A stretch of DNA of 64,000 bases from Octopus vulgaris (taxonomy: Eukaryota). The notes under the pieces were generated by a model. That model saw only the letters and a list, made by a program, of their open reading frames with translations, ran no database searches and was not told the origin of the DNA. The translations under genes were made by a program, and so were the position numbers. The DNA lies in NCBI GenBank assembly GCA_951406725.2, contig OX597828.1, positions 34,906,001-34,970,000 on the forward strand, in the 5' to 3' direction. Positions 25,330-39,573 of the stretch are shown here, one piece after another (within the stretch, counting starts at the first letter, position 1; every line of letters starts with the position of its first letter).

Positions 25330-26080
25330 ACGTCTATGAGTTTATGGACCTCTATAACCTACCACATCGAAGCTTAACTCCAGTATCCGCTTGCGACAAG
25401 CCGATGCGTGTTACATCTACCTCTGCTACAATAAATAATATTCTACCTTCGTCCTCATGTATCGTACGCTCTTTGCAGCGAGTTGATGGTACTACAACGG
25501 AAGTCCTCCCGATTCAGCGTGAGTTCTCCCACCGGAAAAAGTCACAGCCTTACTTCGCTCTGACTTTTATCGTAGTGTTTTCTAGAGAAAAATATTGGAG
25601 TGGTTTGCCATTGCCTTCCCTAACTGGATGACCGTTGACCTGCAAGGAGCTCATCTGTTCTTCGACAGGTCAGGTTTTAATTCTGCTGGGTGTTCAAAAA
25701 CCCTCCTCAAAAGAGCTGGGGGAGCTGGTTTAGTCACCGACCCTTCGACTGTGGACCAGATAGAACTGGTTTACTTTAAGGCGGCGATCTGGCAGAAACG
25801 TTAGCGCGCCGGGCAAAATGCTTAGCGGTATTTCGTCTGCCGTTACGTTCTGAGTTCAAATTCCGCCGAGGTCGACTTTGCTTTTCATCCTTTCGGGGTC
25901 GATAAATTAAGTACCAGTTACGCACTGGGGTCGATGTAATCGACTTAATCCGTTTGTCTGTCCTTGTTTGTCCCCTCTATGTTTAGCCCCTTGTGGGCAA
26001 TAAAGAAATAAGAACTGGTTTACTTTGTACCAGTAGCAGGTCTCATCAGCCTATGATGAGATCCCTGACTTGATTTAAAC
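25330..26080 (-). mobile_element. RTE-like LINE untranslated-region fragment interrupted by a SINE
   Basis: tggagtggtttgccattgccttcc motif typical of RTE/BovB UTRs; flanks rejoin across the SINE TSD. Confidence 0.4.
25778..26010 (+). mobile_element. Young SINE family A with perfect 16-bp TSD
   Basis: TSD agaactggtttacttt at 25762-25777 and 26011-26026. Confidence 0.93.
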
Positions 26081-26164
26081 CTCTCAATGTTTCTTTCGTT
26101 AATTTCTTCAGCAATACTCTTCTATTTCAGCTAAAGCAAACATGCTTCCATGTTTTATAAACAC

Positions 26165-26295
26165 CAGTCACGGGTAAGCTGCGACCCGTGGGACTGTCTG
26201 AATGGCATGCTTAACGAAAAATTACCTTGAATTTATTTAGCAACGCAGTCTGCCTGAGGATGTGCCCGTTTCTCGAAAACGACTGCCCGTGCCTG
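26165..26295. mobile_element. hAT-type MITE
   Basis: TIR cagtcacgggta / tgcccgtgcctg; imperfect 8-bp TSD ataaacac / ttatacac. Confidence 0.6.
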
Positions 26296-27087
26296 TTATA
26301 CACCATAGCCGCATATATCTAAGAAATCTTTATTATAATAAAGAGAATAATTTTTCATGAAAATAATTCATGGCTTGATTATTCTTGAAAGGCTGATGAG
26401 TATAATGAATATATTAACATCGGCATCAACAAAAGATATATTAAACACAGATACATACGTGTATGTTTATACGGAAAAAAAATCGTTTCTAATTTAGATG
26501 ATAATTACTCTTTATGAATGTAATTAATATGAATGCATGGTCATAATGGTTCCTTTCGACATAGTATACGCACGAACACATACATTTGCACGGACGCATG
26601 CTCACACATATAGACTCACATAAACTCTCACACACATATATACATAGGATAAACCTCACAAAATAATATCTAAGCTTACAAAAGAGACAATAAATATATT
26701 ACAGTCACTGTTAAAGTTTCGTCTTCAAAGCAACGGTGTATTTCACGTTTAATTCAATTGATGCTGGAATTTAATTAGATTTACAATGGGAAACATACGT
26801 TAGCTTACTCTTGGCTCGCCGCTTAAAGTCAATTTGCTGTAGTCATAAACAAAACTTTAACAGAAATGGATAAATAACAAGATAACGATAACGACAAAAA
26901 CGATAACAACAAGGCAACAACTACAATAATAATAATGATGATGATGATAATAATAATAATGATGATACAATAAGAAAAGTGTGAGTGTTATTGAATGAAC
27001 AATATGTCGACACTTCGTGTGTCTTCTACAATTTCAAAATAAACATCTTAATCTACTTCATTTTGGAAATATTTAAGGATTGATGAG

Positions 27088-27443
27088 GGCGGCGTGCTGG
27101 CTGAATCGTTAGCACACCGGGTGAAATGCTTTGCGGTATTTCGTCTGCCGTTACGTTCTGAGTTCAAATTCCGCCGAGGTCGACTTTGCCTTTCATCCTT
27201 TCGGGGTCGATTAAATAAGTACCAGTTACGCACTGGGGTCGATATAATCGACTTAATCCGTTTGTCTGTCCTTGCTTGCCCTCTCTGTGCTTAGCCCCTT
27301 GTGGGTAGTAAAGAAATAGGTATTTCGTCTGCCGTTACGTTCTGAGTTCAAATTCCGCCGAGGTCGACTCTGCCTTTCATCTTATCGGCGTCGCTTAAAT
27401 GAGTACCTGTTATACACTGGCATCGATGTAATCGACTTAATCC
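27088..27443 (+). mobile_element. SINE family A, dimeric core
   Basis: Head, core, spacer, then a second core starting ggtatttcgtctgccgttacg at about 27319. Confidence 0.9.
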
Positions 27444-27452
27444 TTAATTCAT

Positions 27453-27770
27453 AAGGAAGAAAGAAATGTCGATAGATATGACTAGTTAACTTGGGAGATT
27501 AAGCAGTAGTGGTCGATGAAAAAGGTGGTCGTAGTACCAATAATTTTCGGAGCCCTGGGGACATTGAGTAAAAATCTTGAGAAGTACATGGAACAAATAA
27601 GGGCTGCAATGAGGATGGAGCACTAGCAGAAAACAGCACTGCTTGGAACCGCTCGAATACTCCGGAAGGTGCTCGACAAATAAGAAGTGTTACCTTAGTT
27701 CACTGGTAGCGAACAGCTGACACCGTAGTACATCTCCAGCGTTAGAAGCTGTGCAAAGGCAATAATAATG
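27453..27770 (+). pseudogene. 5'-truncated Dong/R4-clade LINE (RLE domain C-terminus plus 3' UTR)
   Basis: KKVVVVPIIFGALGTLSKNLEKY...*QKTALLGTARILRKVLD; ends in aataataat. Confidence 0.8.
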
Positions 27771-27779
27771 ATGATGATT

Positions 27780-28088
27780 CCCTTAAAATCTAAAATAGGA
27801 AGAATTTGGGGCTCCAGAACAGTAAAGATCATACCTATAATAATTGGTGCGCTAAGACCAATAAGCAAAGATATAGAGAAATGGCTGAAGGAGATTGAAA
27901 TGGAATGCCCAGCAGAGTTCCGACAGAAAGTTTCTTTCTTAGGGACAGCAAGGATTATCAGGATGGTTCGAAGCACTTGTGGAATATTCGAAAACGTGTG
28001 GATAGCTAAGGTTACAGGTAATTACCTACTACCCACATAAATCCTTCCAGGAATAAGACCAAACCTGAGCCAAACCAAAATAATAATA
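27780..28088 (+). pseudogene. Second, different 5'-truncated Dong/R4-clade LINE
   Basis: LKSKIGRIWGSRTVKIIPIIIGALRPISK...QKVSFLGTARIIRMV; ends in aataataat. Confidence 0.8.
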
Positions 28089-28149
28089 GTAACAATACAT
28101 TTTATTTGTTAAAAGTTTCAGTGCATACATACATGTATACATGGATGGA

Positions 28150-28530
28150 TGGAAGCACTCCGTCGGTTACGACGACGAGGGTTCCGGTTGATCCGATCAA
28201 CGGAACAGCCTGCTCGTGAAATTAACGTGTAAGTGGCTGAGCACTCCACAGACACGTGTACCCCTAACGTAGTTCTCGGGGATATTCAGCGTGACACAGA
28301 GAGTGACAAGGCCGGCCCTTTGAAATACAGGTACAAGAGAAACAGGAAGTAAGAGTGAGAGAAAGTTGTGGTGAAAGAGTACAGCAGGGATCACCACCAT
28401 CCCTGCCGGAGCCTCGTGGAGCTTTAGGTGTTTTCGCTCAATAAACACTCACAACGCCGGTCTGGGAATCGAAACCGCGATCCTACGACCGCGAGTCCGC
28501 TGCCCTAACCACTGGGCCATTGCGCCTCCA
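28150..28530 (-). mobile_element. Full-length SINE family C (tRNA-Arg-like head; Octopus OR-like)
   Basis: Minus strand gtggaggcgcaatggcccagtggttagggcagcggactcgcggtcg...ggtttcgattccc; acatgtat on both sides. Confidence 0.9.
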
Positions 28531-29116
28531 CATGTATCCATAAGTACATACATACTTGCATACATACAAACGTTTAACAGAAAGAGTTCAGGCAAAATGT
28601 GTCAATGTAAACACATTATACAATATATTAAGGCAACTTAAAAATTAATAAGAAGGAAAATTTACAGATAATTTACGCAGAACAAATATTTACATATCCT
28701 GTTAGATTCCAAGTTGCTTTTAATTCTGTTGGGAGAGAATCTATAAATTTGGCAAGACATTTTCATCGATTCACTCGAATAAATTTCAGAACATTTGCTT
28801 GATTATTCTCGAATAGAACGTTTGCGTTTGGATAAGGATAATATAGATATTGGTGTTTCTTATATTGAATTATACACACATATCAATACACCTTACTCAC
28901 CCACACATGCGCGCGCACACAGAGGCATATATATATATATATTGGACTGTGGCCACGCTGGAGCGCCACTTACAAGGGTTTAGTCGATTAAGTCGATCTC
29001 AGTAACCTCGGTATTCATTTGAAAAACTTATTTCATCGATCAGTTTTTGATGAACAGCTAGCTTACAAGGATACAAACAAGCCGTGCACTAGTTGTGATC
29101 CTACTAATATAAAAAT

Positions 29117-29180
<64 letters not shown>

Positions 29181-29424
29181 ACACACTAATTTTAAGTTGA
29201 AAATGGTTGAGATAAATCATATTTACATATAAGACAGCGAACTTGCAGAATCGTTACTGCGCCGAAAAAAAATTGCTTAAAGGCATTTCTTCCGCTTTTA
29301 GATCCTGACATCAAATGCCACCGGGGTCGGGTTTTTCATCCTTTTCGAGGTCGATAAAATAGATACCAGTGTTCAACTGGTGTCGATGTAATTGACAAGC
29401 CCACTTCCACGAAATTGCTAGCCT

Positions 29425-29600
29425 TTACCGTCTTCCTTTTCTCTTGGACTTTCCTTCGTCTCCTGTTTCTGACGAAGATCTTTTCTCGAAACGTAAAACC
29501 ACCTTTCTTTCCTTCCCTGAGCGTCTGCTAATACTTTACATCTACCACGTCCTCGCGTTGTTGTATTTATCTTGTGTTTCTTCCTCTTTTTCTTTTTTGG
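29425..29600 (+). mobile_element. Penelope-like pLTR-type fragment with intact minimal hammerhead core (29465-29499)
   Basis: gttt-CTGACGA-agatcttttctc-GAAA-cGTA-aaac, followed by (TA)n. Confidence 0.55.
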
Positions 29601-29630
29601 TAGTGGGTTTAATATATATATTTATGTATG

Positions 29631-29680
<50 letters not shown>

Positions 29681-30029
29681 TGTATGTATGTATGTTTCTG
29701 TGTGTGTGAATTGCATGCGTACACGCAAACGAAACGTAGCATGCGAAAAAGACGCTTTTTATCAAACACAGTATAGTTCGGTGTATTGAAATAATGATCC
29801 TTAGATATTTGAGAGGAAATAAGCAAAGCAAGGCTAGTAAATATATTGAAGAAAGCGCATAGTGAACAACGAAACACAAATACCACCAACAACAAGAATA
29901 ATAATAACAACGTAAAAAGACTGCAGTAGTGACACATTTTCAAAGCAACTTCAAGTACACTTTTTTTACGAAGTCACGCAAATAAACAAAATTATCTCTG
30001 TCATATTTGATCAATTATAAATACATCAA

Positions 30030-30332
30030 AACATACATACGTATATGTATACACGTACATTCATATGCATACATACGTACACACCTACTTGCATATACAC
30101 ATACATATATACATACATACATACATACATACATACATACATACATACATACATACATAATACATGCATACATACATACCCTCATGCATACATAAATACA
30201 TACCTACATACATACATACATACATACATACATACATACATACATACATTCATACATACATACATACATACATACATACATACATACATACATACATACA
30301 TACGTACGTACATACATACATTCATACATACA

Positions 30333-30363
<31 letters not shown>

Positions 30364-30490
30364 CTACATGCATACATAAATACATACCTACCTACATACA
30401 TACATACATACATACATACATACATACATACAGACATACATACATACATACATACATACATACATACATACATACATACATACATGTGTG
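30030..30490. repeat. (CATA)n array
   Basis: Directly visible. Confidence 0.95.
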
Positions 30491-30886
30491 TGTATGTGTG
30501 TGCGTGTGAGCGTGTATGTGTGCGTCCATGTATGTATATCTGCATATTGTTGACTCCATAAGAATTTATAAACGCCTGTACTTTTTTACTGGAGAAGCGG
30601 GTTCGAGTTCTTAGGGCGGCCTTCGACCATACCCAACATTTACACGCTAGCATTTATAGTTTATTTGCTTCGAGAGCCACTGTTCCCCACTAAAATTGCA
30701 TACATATATGCACATATACATACACATAACAGACACAGGTTTGTGCGCGCGCGCGTGGTGGTGGTTAATTCCTTTACTTCCGGGCAGGGCAGGTATTCTC
30801 CTTTCTCTTTTGTCAAACAACCACAGGTCGTTCAGCGGTATGATAAGGACAAACCCAAAGACACACATACATAAACACCAACTCAC

Positions 30887-31059
30887 GCGCAGACGCAGGA
30901 GTGACTGTGTGGTAAGAAGCTTGCTTCCCAACCACATGGTTCCGGGTTCAGTCTCAGTGTGTGACACCTTTGGCAAGTGTCTTCTACTATAGCATGGGCC
31001 GCACAAAATCTTGTGAGCGTACTTGGCAGACGGATACTGAAAGAAGCCTGTCGTATAGG

Positions 31060-31102
<43 letters not shown>

Positions 31103-31290
31103 TCACATATACATATGTGTATGTATCTGTGTGTCTGTGGTTGTCCCCTTACCATCCGTTCACAACTGATCCGAGCAGTTCGGCAAAAAAGGCCGATAGA
31201 ATAAGTACTAGGCTTACAAAGAATAATCCCTGGGGTCGATTTGTTCAGCTAAAGGTGGTGCTCCAGCATGCCGCAGTCAAATGACTGAAA
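30887..31290 (+). mobile_element. Full-length SINE family B with central (TA)n; a minus-strand head copy follows at about 31295-31450
   Basis: tRNA-like head (gtggtaag A-box-like, gggttcagtc B-box), CORE-like ctttggcaagtgtctt, central microsatellite, conserved tail. Confidence 0.88.
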
Positions 31291-32187
31291 TGATGGACTT
31301 CTTTCAGTTTCCGTCTACCAAATCCACTCACAAAGTTTTGGTCTGCTCGGGGCTAAAAAATATTAGTTCAAGGTGTCACTCGGAGGGATTGAACCAGGAA
31401 CTATGTGGCAAGTAAGAAAATTTTGTACCTCCCAGCCATAACTGCACCTTTGTAGACAAATAAACTAATTGTGCCTTCGTTTATCTCCGCTTTTGATCAG
31501 TAGATGCTGCTGTTCGTTGAGGAAGATTTAGCTGCCATTTGTAGCATATCGAGTTATCATGTAGTAACTCCCTCACTGGCATGCTTCCATAAAGCATATT
31601 GACACGGCTCAACTTTGGATTGAACCCGTGTCATAGATTTAATCAAACCAAGGAAGTAGTAGGGAGAGGAAGAATTAAAAATCAAGGTGTTCTAACTTAT
31701 TCATCAGTCAGTCGACAGCGCATGCGTACTTCAACGCACGACGACCTGCACATCGTTTGATGTTATGGCGGAAATACTATAATGTGGGGAGAATATACAA
31801 AAGGTTTGACACAGTTTTTTAAGATATAAGAACAACGTTGGAAATGAGGTCGATGTAGGGAAAACAGCAGAAGTGAAAAGTGTTTTGGATCTGTGCCATC
31901 ATATTTTATAAGCAAAGCCTGAGAAAAATAAGAATCGATACTTTTGACGAATGTGATATTAGTATTCGGAGCAATGAATAAATGAATACAAAAATAAATA
32001 AATAAAAGAATTGAAAAGACCATAACAAAACAAAACATGACAAAATTAAGAAAAAATATGTACATACACACATGTACGCATCCACAAAAATATATATAAA
32101 CACGAATACATATACATATATACATTTACATGTACACATGCACATCTATAGACATACACACACACACACACATATATATATATATGC

Positions 32188-32251
<64 letters not shown>

Positions 32252-32328
32252 CATGTGTATGCATGCATATGTATATATATATATATATATATGTACGTAT
32301 ATGCATATAACATATGTACAAACGTACG

Positions 32329-32380
<52 letters not shown>

Positions 32381-32559
32381 ATTGTGTGCATGTGTGTATG
32401 AAGGTTTTTTTTTGAAGTGATACATGTATGTATATATATGTATTTATATGCATATAAATTTATGTATATTCACGTGTGTGTGTGCACATGCACATAGAGA
32501 CACATTCACGCACATGTAAATATGTATGCACACAATCTCCCTCTCTCCTCTCACACACA

Positions 32560-32598
<39 letters not shown>

Positions 32599-32809
32599 TC
32601 TTACACACACAAACTTCCATTCATGTTGAACTAAGTAGATTATGTTGTTAATCACTTACAGATTTCTATCTGGTTTAATATTTGCCGGAGATTTCGACAA
32701 CGGCAAATTAGTCTCATTCCAGCTTTTCTGAAAAAAAAAACACACGGAAAACAAAATGAATTAAATTAACAAAACCTAGAAGAGAAAAAGAAATATAAAG
32801 ATGTAATTA

Positions 32810-33044
<235 letters not shown>

Positions 33045-33045
<1 letters not shown>

Positions 33046-34075
33046 ATTCTTTCTATTGGAAGCACAAGGCCTCAAGTTTAGGGGAAGGGATTAAGTCGAT
33101 TATATCGACCCCAGTGTGCAACTGGTACTTATTTAATCGATCCCGAAAGGATGAAATGCAAAGTCAGCCTCGGCTGAATTTGAACTCAGAACGTAGCGGT
33201 AGAGGAAATATCTATTTCTTTACTACCCACAAGGGGCTAAACACAGAAAGGACAAACAAGGACAGACAAACGGATTAAGTCGATTATATCGACCCCAGTG
33301 CGTAACTAGTACTTAATTTATCGACCCCGAAAGGATGAAAGGCAAAGTCGACCTCGGCGGAATTTGAACTCAGAACGTAGCGGCAGACGAAATACTTATT
33401 TCTTTATTACCCACAAGGGGCTAAACACAGAGGGGACAAACAAGGACAGACATAGGTATTAAGTCGATTACATTGACCCCAGTGCGTAACTGGTACTTAA
33501 TTTATCGATCCCGAAAGGATGAAAGTCAAAGTCGACCTCGGCGGAATTTGAACTCAGAACGTAGCAGCAGACGAAATACAGCAAAACATTTCGCCCGGCG
33601 TGCTAACGTTTCTGCCGCCTCAACCACAACAACAACAACAATAATTATAACAATATTTTCTGCTCTTGGCACAAGACCTGAAATTTGTGGGGAGAGGAAT
33701 AGTCGATTTCATCGACTTCAGTGTTCAGCTGGTACTTATTTTATCGACCCCCAATAGGTACTTATTTTATCGACCCCCAATAGGTACTTATTTTATCGAC
33801 CCCGGCGGAATTTGAAATCAGAACGTAAAGACGAACGAAATGCCGCTTAACATTTTGTCCGGCGTTTTAACGATTCTGCCAGCTCTGGCACAAGGCCAAC
33901 AGTTTTGCAGATACGTGAAAGTCGTTTACACCAACCGCAATACTCACCAGTTATTTTATCGACCCCGAAATGATGGATTCGACTTCAGTGGAATCTGAAC
34001 TCAGAACGTAAAGTCGAAAGAAATGGCGCTAAGCGTTTTGTCCGACATGCGAACGATTCTGCCAGCTCGCCATCT
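33045..34075 (-). mobile_element. SINE family A cluster: trimeric copy (33045-33620) plus older copies, one with a 26-bp internal tandem in 3 copies
   Basis: Three cores about 185 bp apart; ggtacttattttatcgacccccaata at 33731, 33757 and 33783. Confidence 0.9.
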
Positions 34076-34699
34076 TTAAATTCTACCTTTAAGTTACATT
34101 TCAAATTATATCCTAAATTCTTAAAACAGGGTTTAATACAATACAGTGGATAATATAATACCCGGGATGAGAAAAAACTAATCTGACTAGATGGTCACGA
34201 CTGGAGTGATTTTAGTCATAGGTCTGTCTGATCACCTGAACACAAACAACAACGATAACTCCACCAGCACTACCAACAACAACAACAAAACCATCACGAA
34301 AAACAGTAACAACAACAACTTCATTGAATATCTTCCAATATTGATGGAAAGAAATTACAAAGAAAACGACTCCTAAAACATGACAGAAATAAGAAAATAG
34401 AATAAAGTTATTATTTTTACTAAATCTTCTCACCTCTGACCTTAATGAAATCTAAGAAGTTAATCCGCACAAGAACGAGTCGGATTAATCATTACACAAA
34501 ATATACACGTGCCTTGAGCACAAAGGGAAAGGTGATGTCTGAGGATCTTTTTGTCTTGAGCCGGATTTACCTTAATGAAAATGGCAAACTTAAACAGTTA
34601 TTTTTTAATGAATAGAAGAGTCTTAAAAATTTGCATTTTTTTTTTCGGTTGCTCTAGTAATCAGTGAAATAATTTGTTTAATAGCTTAATGCTATTTAG

Positions 34700-34829
34700 T
34701 AAAGCATGGCTGTGTGGTGGTAAAAAAGTTTGCTTATCAATTCTGTGATACCGAGTTCAGTCCCACTGCATGGCACTCTGCTATAATCTCGAGTGGATTT
34801 GGTCGACGGAAACTGAAAGAAGCCCGTTA

Positions 34830-34860
<31 letters not shown>

Positions 34861-34878
34861 TACATATACATATATGTA

Positions 34879-34937
<59 letters not shown>

Positions 34938-35130
34938 TGTCCCCACCACCGTTTCACAATCGGTCTTGGTTTGTTTACGTCCCCGTAACTTAATGATTCG
35001 GCCAAAGAGACAGATAAAATAAGTACCAGGTTTTTAAATTAAAAATAAGCCCTAGGGTCGGTTCATACGACAAAAACCCTTCAAAGCATTGCCTCAGCAT
35101 GACCAATGATTGAAATAAGTAAAAGATAAT
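34700..35130 (+). mobile_element. SINE family B with expanded central (TA)n
   Basis: Head, ggaaactgaaagaagcccg, (TA)n, then tttacgtccccgtaactta tail. Confidence 0.82.
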
Positions 35131-36538
35131 ATAATTTAAGACAATGTATTTTATTTCCTTAAAGACGAATCGAAAAAAAAAAATGAAATTTTAATCTAAT
35201 ATTTCGCATTCGCCAGTTTTATTGACTTAATGACAACGAAATAGTTAAGTTAGACAATGGAAGTGTTAAAATGGCGAAACCAATTTTAGGGGGTTGTGCT
35301 TGGAGCATCAGCTGGCCCTGACCCCAATCTCCTCCCTATTTCAACCCGATATTTGAATGATTAAAAAATATTTTTCTAATTAAAAAAACGAAAAAGGCAA
35401 TTTATTAGTGTCGGCATCAGCCACACTAGTACATCTACGCATCACGTATACACTTAAGCATTCACACACACACACACACACACACAGGCACACGCAGACG
35501 CGCATATATGCAAACGCATACGTCAACATACACGCACGCACGCACACATAGGCGTACAAATTCGCGCAAACACACAGGCAAACATGCAGATACACACATA
35601 TACATGCACGTACACACGCATATACAGATAGATACGCACGCGCACAGATACACATAGAAAATTATACTCACTCATACAATTAAACACATTTCTAATTAGG
35701 TTGATAATTACTCTTTGTCAATGTAAATTATATATTTTTTAATATTGTTATTGTTGTGCTTTTATTTTTATTTAGTAATTTTCTTTTTCCCTCGCGTTTA
35801 ACGTTGTTCATGTCTAAATGAGAAGCTGACAATTTAATCACTAAGATACATGGGTTAAGTACTTCCCCCTAATTGTGTAGATTTATTCTGTAGTGATAGG
35901 GGTGGCTAGGGTGAGTCTTAAAAAAAAAAACCAACCAACTGTCGACACGCACGTTTTTTCAACCGTCGACGCGTTGTCCCCTCCTTCTGGCCCCTTCAAT
36001 AGCGACGACAGAAACCACCTTTTGAACCCATTACAAGCTCTATCCCCTTCTCCTCCCCCTTTTCCTTTTGTCATCCCTTTTATGTCTTCATACTCATCCC
36101 TAAAACAACCCCAGACGTTACATCTAAATAATTTGCTGAATACATTCCCTCTTTCCCTTTCATTGCATTTCTGCGTTATCAAACTCTTTCCTCCCGACCA
36201 ACGAAAGAGTCTGTACAAGCACACCAATTAAAAAAACCCCCACAAATAGCAGTCAAATGCTCCACATATTAACTCTTCATTGTCTCACAACAGAGGCTAA
36301 ACACATTGAATAATGCAATGATGCATAAACAAACATGTCGGAAGGTTATGGTTGGAATAATTTTAGATTATTTATCAGCTTCATCAAGATTCAGTGGGAT
36401 TAAAGATAACAACAGCAAAAAAAAAAAAAAAAGAACCAATTCCTTGCTTATGTTTTCGTACCCATTCCTGCCGTCCCTTGTCTGGAAGAGTCTGTTAGGC
36501 TTCAGAAATATCATCATCGACCTAACTAATGCATATGT

Positions 36539-36771
36539 ATTTCTTTATTACCCACAAGGGGCTAAATATAGAGGGGACAAACAAGGACAGAAAAACGGAT
36601 TAAGTGGATTACATCGACCCTAGTGCGTAACTGGTACTTAATTTATCGACCCCGAAAGGATGAAAGGCAAAGTCGACCTCGGCGGAATTTGAACTCAGAA
36701 ACGTAGCGACGGGCGAAATACCGCGACGCACTTCACCCGGCGTGCTAACGTCTCTGCCAGCTCGCCGCCTT
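36539..36771 (-). mobile_element. SINE family A with 19-bp TSD (1 mismatch)
   Basis: acctaac(t/a)aatgcatatgt at 36520-36538 and 36776-36794. Confidence 0.9.
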
Positions 36772-36978
36772 TATAACCTAACAAATGCATATGTTAAATC
36801 TAAATATCTGCTATGTTGATTCAATCAGTTCGAAACAGACTAGACTCTAAGCAATCACTTCTGAAATCGCATCTTACTCTCTTTAATTATCTTTGATATT
36901 TACCGAGTTCACAGATTTATCATGAAATGATTGGTTGACTCGTGTTGCGAAACTTCCATTGTTTTAAGAATTTACCTC

Positions 36979-37312
36979 TTGAATACCTATTTCTTTGTTA
37001 CCCACAAGGGGCTAAACACAGATGGGACAAACAAGGACAGACATAGGTATTAAGTCGATTACATCGACCCCAGTGCGTAACTGGTACTTAATTTATCGAC
37101 CCCGAAAGGATGAAAGGCAAAGTCGACCTCGGCGGAATTTGAACTCACAACGTAACGGCAGACGAAATACCGCTAAGCATTTCGGGGTCGATAAATTAAG
37201 TACCAGTTACGCACTGGGGTCGATGTAATCGACTTAATACCTATGTCTGTCCTTGTTTGTCCCCTCTGTGTTTAGCCCCCTGTGGGTAATAAAGAAATAG
37301 GTATTGAATACC
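36979..37312. mobile_element. Headless, double-tailed inverted SINE family A structure
   Basis: Arms about 36983-37106 and 37181-37305 are near-perfect reverse complements; ttgaatacc on both sides. Confidence 0.88.
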
Positions 37313-37729
37313 ATGTAACTGTTTCTTTTCCTGCGAATTCTCCAGTTTTGTCCTTTCAGCGGAAGTTGAATGTATTTTTGTTTTTGCCATCTTTTTAACA
37401 CTATATGTACGCTCCTTACTTTGCTCTTTTAAATTCGTGAGAGTGTTTCTTTTTGTCCCTTTAATGAAATGTCAATGAAATGTAAAAGCTTTTTTTTTTT
37501 CTCCTTTAATGCTAATTTCTGCTCCCTTCTTTTGGAACCTTTAAAGAGATGCGAACACTACGATGCTTTTACTTCTTTAACATGATATAAAAAACCCTAC
37601 TCTAACTCCTCTAATGTCATATGAACGCTCTTTTCTGGCCCCTTTAATCCTATACGAATACCCCTTTTTCGGGATCCTTTAATTTAGTTGCGAACGTGTT
37701 ATTTTGCTTTCCATTAACCCTATGTGAAC

Positions 37730-37872
37730 TCAACTGGTATTTATTTTATCGACCGCGAAAGGATGAAAGGCAAAGTCGACCTCGGCTGAATTTGAATTCA
37801 GAACGTAAGTCCGGAAGAAATACCGGTAAGCATTTTGTCTGGTGTACTAGCGATTTTGCCAGTTCGCCATCT
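37730..37872 (-). mobile_element. Degenerate SINE family A
   Basis: gaaaggatgaaaggcaaagtcgacctcggctgaatttgaattcagaacgt. Confidence 0.8.
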
Positions 37873-38795
37873 TATCCTATATACTTTATTTATCAACGCG
37901 AAAGACATGAAACTAAAGATGGACATATACAGAATAATTTGAAGTCCGTCTTTCTATAATGGACAAGAAGCTCAAGGCTGGAAGATCTTTGACCATATAT
38001 TTACTAGATCAGAACTGGATCAGTACTGGATCGAGACTGGATCAGGTTAAGCAATAACAAAAACTGCACCGACCGAAGCAATTTGGGAAGATCTGCAAGA
38101 GCTCTGGGCGTTGACCCTATTTTTCTCAGACTGGGTAACAAACACGAAACTAATTCTCGAAGGTAATCGAAAATCTATGATTAAAATAAATTACATTCTT
38201 TTGTTATTATGGAAACATAAAATCTTAATTAATTAATTAATTAATTAATATACCGCACGTTCATATACATGCGTTGATACGGTTATACGCATACGTATAT
38301 ACACACAAATCACGCATTCAGGGACGGCATACTCACATTTGTACGTTCATACACTCACACACACTAAAATAATCCAGCATTAGTACACATTCAGACACGC
38401 ACGCACACATGCAGTGCACACACACATGCAGTGCACACACACACACACACACACACACATGCAGTGCGCACATACGTACAAGTACGTGCTTTCACTGATG
38501 CTTCATTCAACCACACCATCTATCACATATATGCTGACATACACACACACCAGACGTGCATACACTATTACACTACACACACTTAATCTCTCCCTTAAAT
38601 ACAAATGCACACACACACACGCTCACACACATACACACACACACACACATACACACATACGCTCTTTCTGTCTCTTAACGCACACGCACGAACCCTTTAT
38701 CTATTATACACAAATACACACATAATACACATACGCACGCACACACAACTAATACACGGATACATACACACACATACACACACACACGCGCAGAC

Positions 38796-38836
<41 letters not shown>

Positions 38837-39195
38837 TCACACAAACACAAAAATAAATAGCTCTATCCACTTAACGTATTAAATCTTTCTCATCACATTA
38901 GGAAACGACATGTAAAAAAGTAAAAAAGAAAAACCAAAAAAAAAAAAGAAAAGCTTGTGGTTGCCTCTTTTGTTAGAGAGGTTTAAAAAGACATAGAATC
39001 CATTTCCGTTTAATTAAAATGTTATTTCCTTTTAAGACAACTGTTCACACTCTCATCTCATTTCATCATCTTCTCCCTCCACCCGTCCTCTTCTCTCTTT
39101 CCTCCGTTTGCTCTTCCAGTATCACTCTCTAATATTTAACCCCTCCTCCTATCACCACCTTCGCCAATTTCTTTTCTGTTCGTTGTCCTCTCTAC

Positions 39196-39199
<4 letters not shown>

Positions 39200-39226
<27 letters not shown>

Positions 39227-39343
39227 GCCAATTCATGTCTGTCTAACTGTCTGTCTGCCTGCCTGCCTACCTATCTGTCTATCTGTCAGCTAGTTTACCT
39301 TTTGTATATATATCTGTCGGTTTGTCTGCCTATCTATCTATCC

Positions 39344-39403
<60 letters not shown>

Positions 39404-39484
39404 GTCTGTCTGTCTGTCTGTCTATCCATCAATCTATCTATCTATCTGTCTGTTTGTCTGTCTGTCTGTCTGTTTGTCTATCAG

Positions 39485-39537
<53 letters not shown>

Positions 39538-39538
39538 T

Positions 39539-39573
<35 letters not shown>

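Noticed and set aside
33473-33757. Recurrent ORF RNWYLIYRPRKDERQSRPRRNLNSER seen at several loci
   Set aside because: It is the antisense translation of the SINE A core, not a protein family
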